This document shows, one piece after another, positions 29,522 to 38,588 of a stretch of 64,000 nt of DNA. Position 1 is the stretch's first letter; each line of letters starts with the position of its first letter. The position numbers and the translations under genes are program-made. The stretch spans positions 1,792,001 to 1,856,000 of the forward strand of contig CAXXHB010000003.1 of NCBI GenBank assembly GCA_963664815.2, given 5' to 3'. The notes below the pieces were generated by a model. It worked only from the letters and a program-made list of their open reading frames with translations, searched no databases and had not been told where the DNA came from. This DNA is from Spirochaetota bacterium. GTDB taxonomy: Bacteria; Spirochaetota; UBA4802; UBA5550.

Positions 29522-31461
29522 TATCCCACCTCAAGACCAAGTTCAGCTTCAATAACAGGTATAAGCTCTTCAATTTTTCTCATAACCAAAGACGCGATTG
29601 TTTCAGGATCGGAAGCTCCGGAAATATTAAAAACGGGGGCAATTGTTATACTGGCGCTTCGTTTTCCTCCTGACAGGGCATGGTTAGGTACAATTTTACC
29701 AGATCGATCAGATTTAAACAGTTCAGGGCCTCTCTCCCCAACTAAATATTCATCTCCGGCATTAATGTCGCCGCCGCCGGCGCGTGCTTCAACGGGGCTC
29801 GAGTCACTGCTGACATTTATCTTTCCCAGGAGGTTTACAACTGCATCTGGTAGTAAATCTTTAAGAATGTCTTTCAATCCGGATAATAATGCCTTGATTC
29901 TGTCAGGTATGGATTTAAAAAAGGAAACGACTCTGTCTGGAATAGATTTGAGGAATGCAGCTATCTGATCCCAATAAAAGTATATTGCACTTATTGGAAA
30001 TATTGCCATTACAAAATACTTCCCATACTGTTTAAAGAACTCGTAAATTGTTGAAAAGAATCCTTTTATTTTCCCAAAGACTCCTGCAATGATAGAGGGG
30101 CCTCCGTTGAAAGCATTCCATATATCCTTAACAACCCAGACCAGAAGCCGCATTGGTGCGGTAAGTACTTTAATAGTATTTCCCAGGACTCCGCCTTTGT
30201 TTATCCAATTACCAAGTAATGATTCCCCGCCATTCATCCAGACCCACAAATCTTCAAAGACAAGCACAAGAGCTGTGATTATTGCAATCACTGCATAAAC
30301 AGGTAAAAAGGCTAAAACCATTGAAGCAGCAAATTTCAATGTTTCAATTTTTAATAATCCCATTGTTTTGATTGCATTAACAAGTACACTACCAAAAAAT
30401 ATGATTGCAACTGGTGTTAATGCAAGTACTGCTCCTTTGACAACATTCATTGCCCAGGGTGTTTTTATTAACCAACCTAATACTGAATTCCCGACATTTG
30501 CAAGTGGTCGTAGAGCTTCGTTAATCATATTTCCAATAGATATTTTAACAGTATCAACATTTCCGCTGAAAGTTGAAAGCACACCTGATGTGGTCATTGA
30601 GCGTTTATCCATTGTTCCAAAAAACAATCCACCGGCTGATGTTAAATTCTCAAATCCCTGTTTCAGTATATCGAATGAAATTTCACCTTTTGATGCCATA
30701 TCAAAAACCTGTTTTTCACTCTTGCCGATTGATCTTCCAATTGCCCCATATAAAACAGGAACCTGCTGCAGCATCTCATTATCAGCTTTCTTAAGTGCAA
30801 ATGCTTTGCCATATAATTTTGACATTTCAGCAAAATCTTTATCTGTTCCTGCAGATACATCACCCACCATCTTCATATGTTTCATCACATCTTTGGCAGC
30901 AATACCATATTGAAGCATTGCTTTTCCTGCCTCATTAACCGGGCCCGGTTCAAAGGGAGATATATCAGCGAATTCTTTAAATCCCATAAGAGTTTGTTTG
31001 GCAAGGTTTGCATCTTTCAGCATTATTTCAAGAGACACAGACAAATCTTCAGTTTTCATGGCCAGCTTTGACATCTCACCCGCTTCACCCATAAGTTTGG
31101 AACCGATTCCTGCAGCAGCAAGTGCTGTCATTGCATCAGAGAGCCCGCCAACCGCTTCTTTTGTCTCTTTTGTTTTCTGCTGAACCTCACTCATTGAGAG
31201 ACCATACTTCTTCGCAAAATCGCCCATATCACGGTTCTTTTTTGAAGTTTCCTGAAGCTCTCTCAATTGTTCTTTTGTAAGACCGATTCTTTTAGCATAA
31301 TCGCGCATTTCACGGGCCATGTCATCAACGCCGTCAACATAATCATCAGCCAGTCCCAGGGCTTGTCGTACCTCCCTGTTCCAGTCGGCAAGATCGTCCT
31401 TGGCCTTTTTTCCGGAAAGGTCTATTTCAATCCCCAGCATTCTTAATGGTTTACCGCTCAT
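29521..31461 (-). CDS. Tape measure protein
   Basis: FADISPFE, MASKGEISF, GGLFFG, helical and TM repeats, RAGGG..YLVGERGPELF C-terminus. Confidence 0.9.
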   Translation of the reverse strand: MSGKPLRMLGIEIDLSGKKAKDDLADWNREVRQALGLADDYVDGVDDMAREMRDYAKRIGLTKEQLRELQETSKKNRDMGDFAKKYGLSMSEVQQKTKETKEAVGGLSDAMTALAAAGIGSKLMGEAGEMSKLAMKTEDLSVSLEIMLKDANLAKQTLMGFKEFADISPFEPGPVNEAGKAMLQYGIAAKDVMKHMKMVGDVSAGTDKDFAEMSKLYGKAFALKKADNEMLQQVPVLYGAIGRSIGKSEKQVFDMASKGEISFDILKQGFENLTSAGGLFFGTMDKRSMTTSGVLSTFSGNVDTVKISIGNMINEALRPLANVGNSVLGWLIKTPWAMNVVKGAVLALTPVAIIFFGSVLVNAIKTMGLLKIETLKFAASMVLAFLPVYAVIAIITALVLVFEDLWVWMNGGESLLGNWINKGGVLGNTIKVLTAPMRLLVWVVKDIWNAFNGGPSIIAGVFGKIKGFFSTIYEFFKQYGKYFVMAIFPISAIYFYWDQIAAFLKSIPDRVVSFFKSIPDRIKALLSGLKDILKDLLPDAVVNLLGKINVSSDSSPVEARAGGGDINAGDEYLVGERGPELFKSDRSGKIVPNHALSGGKRSASITIAPVFNISGASDPETIASLVMRKIEELIPVIEAELGLEVG

Positions 31462-31680
31462 TCTCCTGGCCTTCTTTTTCTCTCTTTATAGCTTCCCTTC
31501 CAAGCTGTGATCTGTAATTCATTGCCGCATTGAGTTTCATTAAAAATAAAGGCCCTTCGCGGTCATAATCGGACTTATCAATCTTAACAAGTCCGGACGC
31601 AATGGGCCTCCAGTATTGCCAGTTTTTCTCTACCTGCCTACTTATCTTTTGAAGATACTCTTTGGGTTTCTGTTTTTTCC
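31451..31680 (-). CDS. Probable frameshifted extension (GT-like) of tail assembly chaperone
   Basis: Open frame overlaps the chaperone 3' end and runs into the TMP start; no convincing own start; A6 run at 31673-78. Confidence 0.5.
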
Positions 31681-31994
31681 GTTCCTGTGGGAATAGCAAT
31701 ATCCCCGCGCAGAAACCGGCGCAGGAGTTTCTGCCATACCTCCAGTTCTGCAGGTTTAACATTATCTATAGTAGGTTTAAAATCATGATTTTCAGGGATA
31801 ACACAGTGTTCGAAGGCATTATCCATAAAACTTACAGTATCAAGACCCTTCTCAAAATCGAATGATTCCTGGTTCCACTCCATATACGTCCTGTTTCCCG
31901 GATGCTGGAGCTTGTAATTACGGCCATCAATGAACTTAATAATTACGATCTGGCCGTCTTTTTCAGATGAAATGATAACTGGATTCTTTTTCAT
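31638..31994 (-). CDS. Tail assembly chaperone (G-like)
   Basis: Between tube and TMP; YKLQHPG; GAGG RBS. Confidence 0.72.
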   Translation of the reverse strand: MKKNPVIISSEKDGQIVIIKFIDGRNYKLQHPGNRTYMEWNQESFDFEKGLDTVSFMDNAFEHCVIPENHDFKPTIDNVKPAELEVWQKLLRRFLRGDIAIPTGTEKTETQRVSSKDK

Positions 31995-32016
31995 ACCTCT
32001 CTCCTGGTATTATTTT

Positions 32017-32430
32017 TTAATCTTCAGGTAAAGATGATCCTGAATATTTCGGCACAAGAATTTTCCATTCTCGTTTTGGTGCATCGGCTCCAAATGTAAG
32101 CCCTGGTTTTTCAACAATCCTTGCATTTATTCCTCCACCTATGTACTTTCCTGCGGATGTATTTTTAACCATTACAGTAAAACTTGATGGAAGTAATCTG
32201 AGTGCATCAAAAGCTTTATTGCTCGGAGATTCCTCTTTCAGCGTAATCGTTATTGTATATCTATCATCATTTACTTTTGAAAAACTCACATCACCATCAA
32301 TTCCGACAACGGTTTTATATTCTTCCTTTGTCATTGGATCAATTTTGATTTTGTCTCCTTCAGAAAAACCGGTAACAGTAAACCCATTAACAATAAGCTG
32401 AACTTTTTTAGGATCGTATAAATCACTCAT
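32017..32430 (-). CDS. Tail tube protein (DUF3277-like)
   Basis: YDPKKV..VNG..VTGF, VGIDG, ITITLKEESPSN. Confidence 0.8.
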   Translation of the reverse strand: MSDLYDPKKVQLIVNGFTVTGFSEGDKIKIDPMTKEEYKTVVGIDGDVSFSKVNDDRYTITITLKEESPSNKAFDALRLLPSSFTVMVKNTSAGKYIGGGINARIVEKPGLTFGADAPKREWKILVPKYSGSSLPED

Positions 32431-32431
32431 G

Positions 32432-33469
32432 TTATACCTCTATTGTTCCATTAACTGTCATATTATGAACGGCCCCGGCAACCGTTAATGAAAATTTAAT
32501 ACCGGGAATATTCCTTGCAGCCCTGTCTGTAGCAGAAATGTCAGACCTTTCAGGAATTGTAATCTTGTACATATATACACCTTCATCTGACAGCTCGGCA
32601 TCATCCTCCGTAACAACTTTTGCAATTATACCGTTCTCGCCACAGTCTTTAAAAACCTCCCGCATGGTCGATTCAATCATTGCAAAGCCGGTGTTATCAA
32701 ATGGAATTTTATCATTCTTAATCTGAAGGTTGAAAAGAGCCTCTCCAAGACGGGCTTTAACATAGTCCCTTGACATCATGTTATCTATGTATTCACCGCC
32801 GGTAGTAATCCCCTCATTTGAATAAACAACTCCTGATCTCTTGGAAAAAGTCTGTCCGTGACCGGTTCGGATCTGATTCAGTTCTGTAGTTGTAAAGCTC
32901 GAAGCGGATACTCCTGTGGGACATTTCCACTTCCATGTAATTGAACCAATGTCTTTAGGCAGGCACATCCCGACCCAGGCCGCCTCCGGATAGTCTGCAG
33001 CCTTATCATGTATAAGGTACGCTTCCCTGTTGTTGTTTCTACCTGTCAGAGCTGTTATTGCCGAACTGCAACCTATAAATATTTTTTCATTTGATAGCGC
33101 CCATGTTCCCGCAAGTGCGAGGCTGGTCGCATCTCTTTCAGTTATTAGCAGGGCATACCAGTCATTATGATTTACAATCAGTGCAGCAAGGGCTGTATCA
33201 ATAGCAACTTCACTGTCACGGCAATATACCGCTATTGTTTCAGGGCATGGTGACTGAGCAAACATCATCGCTGCCATTTTATATTCTGAATCCGTTGTCA
33301 GAAATCCTGCTTCTGTCATTTCAGACAACTCTGCATATTCTGCATATACTCCCTGCAGCACATTTCCATCAACTTTTGATCCAAGAATAAGCGGCAGGGC
33401 AAATCCCTGGACGCTCAATGCTTTTGTAAGCATGCTTATATTTATTACTATGTCATTTAAGTCTGCCAC
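32432..33469 (-). CDS. Contractile tail sheath (DUF3383-like)
   Basis: FAQSPCP, GSITWKWK, GEYID, KIPFDNTG, AGAVH. Confidence 0.85.
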   Translation of the reverse strand: MADLNDIVINISMLTKALSVQGFALPLILGSKVDGNVLQGVYAEYAELSEMTEAGFLTTDSEYKMAAMMFAQSPCPETIAVYCRDSEVAIDTALAALIVNHNDWYALLITERDATSLALAGTWALSNEKIFIGCSSAITALTGRNNNREAYLIHDKAADYPEAAWVGMCLPKDIGSITWKWKCPTGVSASSFTTTELNQIRTGHGQTFSKRSGVVYSNEGITTGGEYIDNMMSRDYVKARLGEALFNLQIKNDKIPFDNTGFAMIESTMREVFKDCGENGIIAKVVTEDDAELSDEGVYMYKITIPERSDISATDRAARNIPGIKFSLTVAGAVHNMTVNGTIEV

Positions 33470-33470
33470 T

Positions 33471-33995
33471 TCAACCCTCCACTTTATACGTTATTTCATC
33501 TATGGTTGCTGATAAATCCACCGTATCCATAGTCTCAGTTTTAACTGATTTATCTTTAACGTTAAAATCGAAACCAATCCTGTGTTCATACGCGGTTTCA
33601 AAAAAAACGGTTCTGTCCTGTACCGGACTTTTTACTGATATACCCAGACCAGTTTCATCAGCGGCTTCTGATCCGGAAAGGGAATCCATCCAATCATGCG
33701 CTTCCTCAGCAAATGCCCAGAGATTTGAATAATCTTTCTCCCCGCCGATAAAACTTAACGAAATAACAAGGTCTGATTCTCTGGTTGATGTTTTCAGTAT
33801 CTTTGAATCATCGCCGGCAACCGGTTCGTATTCAGCGATAACGCATTGTGCCGGTTCACCTTCACTTGACAGTATTTTATAGGACATGAATGGATAACCA
33901 GGCCTCTCTCCAGACTGCTCATTCCGCACAAAATTTATATTCAGATGTGCAGAAAGGACTTTAAGATACGCCTGTATCTTCTTAAGCCTGGTCAT
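33471..33995 (-). CDS. Neck / tail terminator protein
   Basis: RPGYPFMSY; synteny before sheath. Confidence 0.65.
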   Translation of the reverse strand: MTRLKKIQAYLKVLSAHLNINFVRNEQSGERPGYPFMSYKILSSEGEPAQCVIAEYEPVAGDDSKILKTSTRESDLVISLSFIGGEKDYSNLWAFAEEAHDWMDSLSGSEAADETGLGISVKSPVQDRTVFFETAYEHRIGFDFNVKDKSVKTETMDTVDLSATIDEITYKVEG

Positions 33996-34323
33996 AAATT
34001 CTTTTACCCATGTAATAGTTAAATCCGCCTTCCGAACGGATGCCTATATCTCCAATCCGGTACTTTATCTCTTCATACTCGATTAAATCCCCGCTTTTAT
34101 ATAAAACCGGTCCCGATTTATAAAACTTCATGTCGCCGGCTTTATACTTCCCTTCAGGGAGGTGTTTTTCCTGTGATAGTGTAACAGGGCGGGGAACCAT
34201 AGTCGTATCAACCGGATCATTAAATGATTCAACTGCTCTTTCCCCATCCACGTACTCACCATCAGCAGGTTTAACGAGTACATGGATTTTTACCGCCCTG
34301 TATTCTCCGGCGAAGGCTCTCAT
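33982..34323 (-). CDS. Head-closure / head-tail joining protein
   Basis: GEYVDGE, LPEG, GDLIEY..KYRI; synteny. Confidence 0.6.
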   Translation of the reverse strand: MRAFAGEYRAVKIHVLVKPADGEYVDGERAVESFNDPVDTTMVPRPVTLSQEKHLPEGKYKAGDMKFYKSGPVLYKSGDLIEYEEIKYRIGDIGIRSEGGFNYYMGKRIYDQA

Positions 34324-34928
34324 CCCTCAACCTCATAACCTATGGATTTAAGCAAATCACCAGAATCAATAAGGGTCTTATCCTCGTTTTTAATACGTCT
34401 TGTAAGAAGAGAGTTCGATGGAGCAATATTTGATGAGATGTTGATCTTTATGCTTGAAACTATGGATTGCCCGATGGCGTTACAGAGATCCTCAGCTCTC
34501 CCTCCGCCTCCAAGAATTCTTTCAAGGGCAGCTCTTGCCATGTTATATGCCTTTTCCTGTGTTTCACTTTTATCCAGTGCAGTCCTGATAAATGCTCTTT
34601 CCGGAATAACAACTTTTTGAACGAGTAAAAAACAGGTCACATTTCCCATAACAAGCCTTGCAGTTTTCCAGTCTTTACCAGGTACAAAATCAAACATCCC
34701 TTCAGGAAAATCTTTAGGACTTTTACCTTTAAATTCGGGCTGAAGCGGAATAGCCAGGTATTTACCTGATTTTGGTTTTATCTCTGCTCCGAATTCATTT
34801 GCTGCCGCATATTTTGCCAACAGAGAGCCTTCATCAGCAACAACACCGACTATTATTTTCTTGTTTTCGAGTTTTCCGAGCTCTGTTTCAAGGCTGGAAA
34901 CCTCCACATACTTTACTTTCCCAGCCAT
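34320..34928 (-). CDS. Neck / virion morphogenesis protein
   Basis: AAANEFGA, IPERAFIR, KTLIDSGDLLKSI; GGAGG RBS before ATG 34928; alternative start 34988. Confidence 0.75.
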   Translation of the reverse strand: MAGKVKYVEVSSLETELGKLENKKIIVGVVADEGSLLAKYAAANEFGAEIKPKSGKYLAIPLQPEFKGKSPKDFPEGMFDFVPGKDWKTARLVMGNVTCFLLVQKVVIPERAFIRTALDKSETQEKAYNMARAALERILGGGGRAEDLCNAIGQSIVSSIKINISSNIAPSNSLLTRRIKNEDKTLIDSGDLLKSIGYEVEG

Positions 34929-34984
34929 GAATACCTCCAGGCACAGACATACAATAAGCAGTAATGATATAATTGATAATTTCT

Positions 34985-35311
34985 TCATACGATGAATCCT
35001 CTTCTTCCTGTGATAGTCCGGAGTTCCCGGATATATAAATTAAGCCAGCCTCCACCCGTGCTGTCTGAGTAAGTTTCACTAACATCTGCAATACTCTTTG
35101 ACGTTACCGAGCCTTTTATTTCTCCCGTGCTCTCCAGTATACTTGCTGCACAATATTCCTGGAGATCGGCAAATGCTTCATGAGAATCACTTACTCCATC
35201 AGCTTTAACCTTTCGAGCTGATGATACAAGAACCTTCTGAAGCCGGGTATCCGATAACTCGGGTACCCCGCCCAGAAGTTCACGAAGAGAGGCTGTCGTT
35301 GAAACCGGCAT
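34985..35311 (-). CDS. Head-tail adaptor (DUF4054-like)
   Basis: VTSKSIADVSETY; follows capsid. Confidence 0.65.
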   Translation of the reverse strand: MPVSTTASLRELLGGVPELSDTRLQKVLVSSARKVKADGVSDSHEAFADLQEYCAASILESTGEIKGSVTSKSIADVSETYSDSTGGGWLNLYIRELRTITGRRGFIV

Positions 35312-35312
35312 T

Positions 35313-36263
35313 TTAAACTCCTTTACCTACATAGATGCCCTTGGGATGTCTGATAATACAACCGGCTGTACGCTCTTCAACTACCTGTTCCGATGTTTCA
35401 AGAATGTCATAAACCGGGTTGCCAAGCGCCATGTCCTGGATAACCGCAAGTTCGATGATTTCCGGATTATTATCAAGAATGGCGAAAGCATTTACTGATC
35501 CGCTGAGACCGTTGTAGGTGCTGGACATCTGGCCTGTTACAATAATTTTTTCAAAGAACGCCCCCTCTGTCTGGAGCCATTTCAGTACTGTCATCGGGCT
35601 GTTGTCAGAATAGGGCTGAAGGAGTAGATTATAATGATCAGAATCAAGGATCAGAACTCTGGCTTTGAAAATGTTTCCTTTTTCAACTGCAGATTTACCA
35701 GCAAGCAGGTCTTTAAGGATTTCCTTCGGAGTTTTGTTTAGCCATAGACGTTTGGCTGCTGTGTCTGTTCCAGAAGCTCCTGCTAATACTGATTCAGATG
35801 TAATCCCTGAATGATTAAGAATGCCAATAATTTTATGATTACTGTCACCTGTGAATACCAGCCTGTTTTCGGTTTCTGCAATAAACCTTCGGGCTGTTGA
35901 CACTCGTACTGTATCAAGACTCATAGAAGGCCCTTTACCAAGAGCTGCTTTTGCCTGTACAGCCTGCCTTTCAGCCTTTGTATATCTGATACCTGTGGTT
36001 ATAGAATAGACCTGCATGGTCTCTCTGCCCCCTTTTTCACCAACAAAAGGCACATCCTTTGCGGAAGCTCCTGCTGCGAGAATTTTTGCAGATCCTGCCA
36101 TGTCGTACCAGTCGTAACCGATCTCCTGGGCATAAATGGGGAAGCTGTTATTTACTTTGAGAAACTGTCTCGCGACAAGTTCCTCTTTCTTTACTTCATA
36201 GAGGACATTTTCAATAGCGAGTAAGTCCTCTTTTCTTATAAGTGCATCCTGTCTTATTGACAT
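35313..36263 (-). CDS. Major capsid protein (DUF2184 / HK97-fold, encapsulin-like)
   Basis: GSAKI, ENRLVFTGD..IIGILNH, RTAGCIIRHP; 316 aa after decoration gene. Confidence 0.85.
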   Translation of the reverse strand: MSIRQDALIRKEDLLAIENVLYEVKKEELVARQFLKVNNSFPIYAQEIGYDWYDMAGSAKILAAGASAKDVPFVGEKGGRETMQVYSITTGIRYTKAERQAVQAKAALGKGPSMSLDTVRVSTARRFIAETENRLVFTGDSNHKIIGILNHSGITSESVLAGASGTDTAAKRLWLNKTPKEILKDLLAGKSAVEKGNIFKARVLILDSDHYNLLLQPYSDNSPMTVLKWLQTEGAFFEKIIVTGQMSSTYNGLSGSVNAFAILDNNPEIIELAVIQDMALGNPVYDILETSEQVVEERTAGCIIRHPKGIYVGKGV

Positions 36264-36287
36264 AATTTACCCTCTTATTCCTTATTA

Positions 36288-36782
36288 TTAAACATCTGCT
36301 GTGAGCTTAAACGGCCCGCTTACCCATAAGGCAACATAACCGGCACCAGTTATTGTCCCACGGTATTCTGCATTCGAAATAACTGCCGTTTTTCCGGCTT
36401 CTGCTGTTGTACAAAATGCACCAGCTGCCTTTCCGGTAACTGCGGTATGCCTTACACGTACCGGATCACCCGGATCAACAGCTTCCTCAGCATAAACTAC
36501 AACAATCCCTTTTCTTATTACCCCCACAGGGTCGCCAATGCTGTAAAGCTCATCGTCAAACTGGGAAGCCTCAAAAGACTTTGCAGCCACACCAAGAAAT
36601 TCATCAGTAGCAGCTGATATTGTCTTAACACCTGCATCTTCTGATCCACGCACAACCGCTGAACCGAATAGAATCTCACCTTCAGCCGCAAAACTCTGAA
36701 CATATTCATCAGGAAGATGCTCAGCGATTTCTCCGCCATCCCTGACTTCGTTATTATATAATCCGCCTTCCGGAATACTCAT
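36288..36782 (-). CDS. Head decoration / cement protein
   Basis: ILFGSAVVRG, FLGVA, GVIRKGIVVV, VDPGDPV; GGAGG RBS before ATG 36782. Confidence 0.72.
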   Translation of the reverse strand: MSIPEGGLYNNEVRDGGEIAEHLPDEYVQSFAAEGEILFGSAVVRGSEDAGVKTISAATDEFLGVAAKSFEASQFDDELYSIGDPVGVIRKGIVVVYAEEAVDPGDPVRVRHTAVTGKAAGAFCTTAEAGKTAVISNAEYRGTITGAGYVALWVSGPFKLTADV

Positions 36783-36783
36783 G

Positions 36784-37980
36784 TTACACCTCCAACATGT
36801 TGAGCCGTGCGCTCTTTTTCTTTTCAATAACCGCTTCATCAATACGATTATCTGATACCGTATCCCCGGTGATATTTGCTTTTTCTCTGGCGAATGTTAA
36901 AGCTGCATCAAACCTTGCATCTATAAAGAGATCATCGAGTGTATCAACTTTAACCTCTTTATCATACGGTAAAGTCTTCTCAATAACAGCTAACTTTATA
37001 GCCCTGTCGGTAAGACCATCATACTTGACATCAGGAATGACTGATTTTGCTGTATCAATTAGTGTAAGCCTGTTTTTAACGGCTTCATCAATTCTCAGTG
37101 CTTCATCAGATCGCTTTTTATCGGCATCCTGTTTCTTTGTTACTGCTTCGAGCGCATCGATTTTAGCCTGCTGTACCATTACCTTTTTTCTGAGATCTAA
37201 AAGTTCCTTTGCTGAATCCGTTTTAGAATCTACAACGGTTCCTGTATCGCCACCATTACCGTCAGCCGGTTTATCTCCGGACGATCCCTCACCATCTGCC
37301 GGCTCTTCATTAGATATCCCCAGGAGTGCCAGGAATTTCTTGATTGCTTCAAGTAATTTAGATTCCATTTTTGAATCTCTCCTTGTTGTATTTTTAGTTT
37401 CTGTCTGAACTGCATATTTAACATCCGCCGAATCGAGATATGCCCTTACGCTCTCACCGGCACGGCCCTTATCTACATGAGCAACATGATTTATAAGAAT
37501 GTTCGTCTGTCTGGCGTCATAGCGCTGACCTTCAAATTCTCCCGGGGTATAATCGATGTCAGTTTTAAATCCTATACTCACTTCTACCTTTCTGTTTTCT
37601 TCTAAATCAGCAATGAGAGCGGCATCAAAGACAGTTTCAGTAAAATCAATCCTGTTATCTTTAATTATTGCGGTGTCTCCGAGGGAACCTTTGACATATT
37701 TTTGCCAATTCGTTGTTGATACCATCCCTCTATTATCTTCAATAGGCGGATGTCCGTCAGTTACAGGGGCACCTTTTGCCGAGTTTATTGTAATATCAGA
37801 AAAAAGGTCACCCGGAAGCTTGGCCTCCATGCGAATATCACCGGATGGAGTAAAATATGGGAAAACCCCGGGCCGTGCGATAGAGACTCTCGCACGGAGA
37901 AAACCATCTCCGCGCATAAGGGTCTCTATCTGACCACGATCAAATCTAAACTCGCTATCGAATTTTTTTTCAGGTTTCAT
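36784..37980 (-). CDS. DUF2213 prohead protease-scaffold; probable nested scaffold start at 37368
   Basis: DGFLR..IARPGV, GAPVTDGHP, EVSIGF, YDARQTNILINHVAHVDKGRAG; C-terminal coiled coil. Confidence 0.85.
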   Translation of the reverse strand: MKPEKKFDSEFRFDRGQIETLMRGDGFLRARVSIARPGVFPYFTPSGDIRMEAKLPGDLFSDITINSAKGAPVTDGHPPIEDNRGMVSTTNWQKYVKGSLGDTAIIKDNRIDFTETVFDAALIADLEENRKVEVSIGFKTDIDYTPGEFEGQRYDARQTNILINHVAHVDKGRAGESVRAYLDSADVKYAVQTETKNTTRRDSKMESKLLEAIKKFLALLGISNEEPADGEGSSGDKPADGNGGDTGTVVDSKTDSAKELLDLRKKVMVQQAKIDALEAVTKKQDADKKRSDEALRIDEAVKNRLTLIDTAKSVIPDVKYDGLTDRAIKLAVIEKTLPYDKEVKVDTLDDLFIDARFDAALTFAREKANITGDTVSDNRIDEAVIEKKKSARLNMLEV

Positions 37981-37987
37981 TGAAGGA

Positions 37988-38066
37988 AAGTTATGATAAA
38001 ATAAAAAAAGCAGCAAGAGGCATGTGACAGAAAGAGAATGCAACTGGTGTATATGATAGAAACTGG
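37988..38066 (-). promoter_or_regulatory. Putative late promoter A
   Basis: TTGCTG-N17-TAACTT with upstream CAGTT boxes; related to sites at 44048-44117 and 44826-44888. Confidence 0.55.
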
Positions 38067-38080
38067 TTCTATTTATAATA

Positions 38081-38107
38081 AAAAAAGCGGAGATTTATTC
38101 CGCTTTT
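38081..38107 (-). terminator. Intrinsic terminator after terminase-portal-MuF-HNH block
   Basis: AAAAGCGGA-ATAAATC-TCCGCTTTTTT on minus strand. Confidence 0.7.
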
Positions 38108-38141
38108 CATTACTGATTTTCCATTATTCAATGCGATTTTC

Positions 38142-38588
38142 TTATTTCTTTTCATCATTACCTTTTCGCCGATTTGTCAGCCTCGAAACAATCCTCAAAT
38201 TTCTCTTATGGTTACTGCCGCCGGTGGACAGTGGTTTCTTATGGTCGACTTCTCTTGGATCTCCGACCTTAAGCCCCATGATTTTTCTTGCTTTATTCCG
38301 GGCAGCCCGGTTTTTTTTCTGCTCAGGCTTGGCATGATAATTCTGATATTCTTTTTTGTAATCACGATCAAATGCGTCTTGTATTAAACTATCTTCAGCA
38401 TTATTTTTCGACATTCTGGAATTGCTTATATCATTATGAATAAGAAGAACAGTTCTCCTGGCACTTTCAATGTCAGAGGAATAACCATTATCAACCAACA
38501 TCTTAGCTGCGATCTCATCAGTAACACTCTCATGAAGGAGAGCTCCAAGGACGTCCAGAAATATGCGTGTTTTTGAGTTCACTTCCAT
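38142..38588 (-). CDS. Protein with C-terminal HNH endonuclease-like domain
   Basis: EVDHKKPLSTGGSN..NLRIVSRLTNRRKG; start overlaps MuF stop. Confidence 0.75.
   Translation of the reverse strand: MEVNSKTRIFLDVLGALLHESVTDEIAAKMLVDNGYSSDIESARRTVLLIHNDISNSRMSKNNAEDSLIQDAFDRDYKKEYQNYHAKPEQKKNRAARNKARKIMGLKVGDPREVDHKKPLSTGGSNHKRNLRIVSRLTNRRKGNDEKK

Noticed and set aside
23514-34988. Stand-alone contractile injection system or tailocin
   Set aside because: Terminase, portal, capsid and transposition genes are all present, so it is a prophage
35313-36263. Encapsulin nanocompartment
   Set aside because: Context between protease, decoration and neck genes indicates a phage major capsid protein
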